Shown here: in pieces, positions 61,571 to 64,000 of the stretch | Position numbering within the stretch: position 1 is the stretch's first letter | Layout of the letters: each line of letters begins with the position of its first letter | NCBI GenBank assembly: GCA_964016885.1 | Contig: OZ024751.1 | Coordinates: 12,772,001 to 12,836,000, forward strand | DNA: 64,000 nucleotides | Direction: 5' to 3' | From: Eledone cirrhosa | Lineage: Eukaryota | Made by a program: the position numbers and the translations under genes | Notes under the pieces: generated by a model | What the model saw: only the letters and a program-made list of their open reading frames with translations | Told to the model about the DNA's origin: nothing | Database searches by the model: none

Positions 61571-62699
61571 ATATATATGAAACAGCACACACACCCAATT
61601 GGTCAGATATTCATATTCTGGCTGTAATGTCTACAGTAATTATATCAACCTCGCCTACTATATATATATTAAAAGAGAGATTAACATAAACAAACATGAC
61701 TTAATACTGCAGATGTGACCTAAAGGATTTACGAAATTTATTGTTCTAAGTAAAATATGGAGGGACAAAATCGATAGGGAAGATAAAAGATCACAGGTCA
61801 CGTATTTGTTCATGTGTTTATAATATAATTCAGGCTCAAGAAATATCGGATTTGTTCACACCTGGGGAGGGAGTAGGCTCCTCCAAATTTTTAAAATGGC
61901 TCCCAAAGATATACACCAGATATCACGACGGCGTGTTATAAGGTCGTCTTTGTCTTGATATTGTCAAGAAGGACATCTGGCTGTAAAACATTGCCTCAAA
62001 AAGTCCTATCCGACCCATGCCAGCTAGGAAAAGTTGACGTAAATACGATATGTGTATATATGTATGTATGTATTTATGTGTGTGTGAGAGAGAGACAGAC
62101 AGAGCGTTTGTGCACATACATATGTGTGTGTATTTGTTGTGATACCAGAGAGGAGAGAGAGAGAGAGTAATGGGGGAGAGAGAGAGTAATGGGGGAGAGA
62201 GAGAGAAGGTGAGAGTGAATGAGAGGTAGAGAGACACAGGACAAGAGAGGTAGAGAGAGAGACATAGGGCGAGAGAGGTAGAGAGAGAGACATAGGGCGA
62301 GAGAGGTAGAGAGAGAGAGGGGGGCATAAATATGATATAAGATTACGTAGACAAAAAGAAAGTATAAAGAAAAAGAATAAATGTGAGAGTGTGAAAGAAA
62401 GACTAAGAAAGCTATGTAGAAAGAAGAGAGAGGGATAGAGTATGAATGAAGGAGTGGGGGAAAGAGGGGGCACGCGTGTGTTTGTATGTGTGAAAAGAGA
62501 AGGTGGAAGTAGTACAGAGAGAGAGTAGTATAATTGAGAGAGGAGTAATTGTGTGAGAGAGATGGGGAGAGAGATAGTGGGAATGTTAGGGTGTGTGTAT
62601 ATGTAATTGTGAGGATGTGCATAAGTGTGACGGTGTGTGTCTATATGTGTGAGTGTGTGTGTATATGTAATTGTGAGGGTGAGTATACGTGTGAGAGTG

Positions 62700-63170
62700 T
62701 GTGTATGTGTGTATGTATGTGTGTAAGTATGAGTGTAAATACGTGTGTATTTAAGTGTGAGTGTGTGTATGAATGTGTGTAAGTATGAGTGTAAATGCGT
62801 GAGTATTTAAGTGTGTATGTGTGTGTATGTATGTATGTGTGTAAGTATGAGTGTAATTGCGTGAGTATTTAAGTGTGTATGTGTGTGTATGTATGTATGT
62901 GTGTAAGTATGAGTGTAAATGCGTGAGTATTTAAGTGTGTATGTATGTATGTGTGTAAGTATGAGTGTAAATACGTGTGTATTTAAGTGTCAGTGTGTGT
63001 ATGTATGTATGTGTGTAAGTGTGAGTGTAAATACGTGTGTATTTAAGTGTGAGTATGTATGTGTGTCAGTGTGAGTGTAAATACGTGTGTATTTAAGCGT
63101 GAGTGTGTGTATGTATGTATGTGTGTAAGTATGAGTGTAAATGCGTGAGTATTTAAGTGTGTGTGTGTGC
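62700..63170. repeat. About 55-60-bp GT-rich minisatellite
   Basis: gtgtgtaagtatgagtgtaaatacgtgtgtatttaagtgt repeated. Confidence 0.85.
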
Positions 63171-63393
63171 ATATATAAAAGCTGTGTACTATTTGCTTGG
63201 TTAAACAACGGCCGGTGTGTCACGTGACTTGGACGGCTCTAGAAAGAGACACCAGTATAGCATGTCACTTAAGTATTTGGGTGATAACAACTGTGGACCC
63301 CACCACCACTGCCGCTATTGTGCCACCACCACACCAGCTCTTCTTTACCCTTGGCAATATACACAGATACACCTACATATGTGAATATATAAA

Positions 63394-63429
<36 letters not shown>

Positions 63430-63854
63430 TGTGTGTGTGTGTGTATGTATATATATATATATATATATATACTCTATATAGTATATTTATAAATATATAT
63501 AGTGTATATATATATATATATATATAGTATATTTATAAATATATAGTGTGTGTATATATATATATATAGTATATTTATAAATATATATAGTGTATATAGT
63601 TTATTTATAAATATATATAGTGTATATATCACATGTGTGTGTGTATTATATATATATATATATATATGTGTGTAAGAGAGACATTGCTGACTGTGATGAC
63701 TATGATGATGATGATGATGATGATGAGACTAAGGTTAACGTGTGTCTGTCAGGGAGCTGAATGAATCTACAATTCCACATAACACATGTATATATATACA
63801 TATGTACATACACACACACACACACACACGACAGATAGTTATATATATGTCAGA

Positions 63855-63909
<55 letters not shown>

Positions 63910-64000
63910 GCATGTGTGTGTGTGTGTGTGTGTATGTGTGACCTTTTCGTCTATTTTTTGTCATTCCTTCTTACTTTTGCGATAGTGATGATGGCTGTTG

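Overview
AT-rich, repeat-dominated eukaryotic non-coding DNA. The SINE families and huge (TA)n/(CA)n tracts suggest an octopus (coleoid cephalopod) intron or intergenic region; this is inference. I can support no intact protein-coding gene, and almost all ORFs in the track are translations of micro- or minisatellites. The window holds about 20 tRNA-derived SINE copies, several MITEs (hAT-like and Tc1/mariner-like), a LINE endonuclease relic, about 10 minisatellites and multi-kb punctuated (TA)n arrays. The main finding is a population of short (about 100-550 bp) non-coding elements from several unrelated sequence families, mostly inserted in (TA)n tracts. Many are fold-back palindromes, and many carry a type-I hammerhead ribozyme (stem I-CUGANGA-stem II-GAAA-stem III-NUH-stem I'). 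The best hammerheads are at 532-582, 10486-10523, 10904-10971(-), 18158-18231, 43377-43419(-) and 51393-51448. The palindromes often fold exactly at a hammerhead helix, and several tails share a TTGAGTRCT motif. This suggests Penelope-like (pLTR) or retrozyme-type retroelements that target TA microsatellites and complete their 5' end by snap-back priming. Other notable items are a SINE whose Pol III B-box region was amplified into an 18-copy satellite, a telomere-like G-rich satellite and a CTCF-like site.
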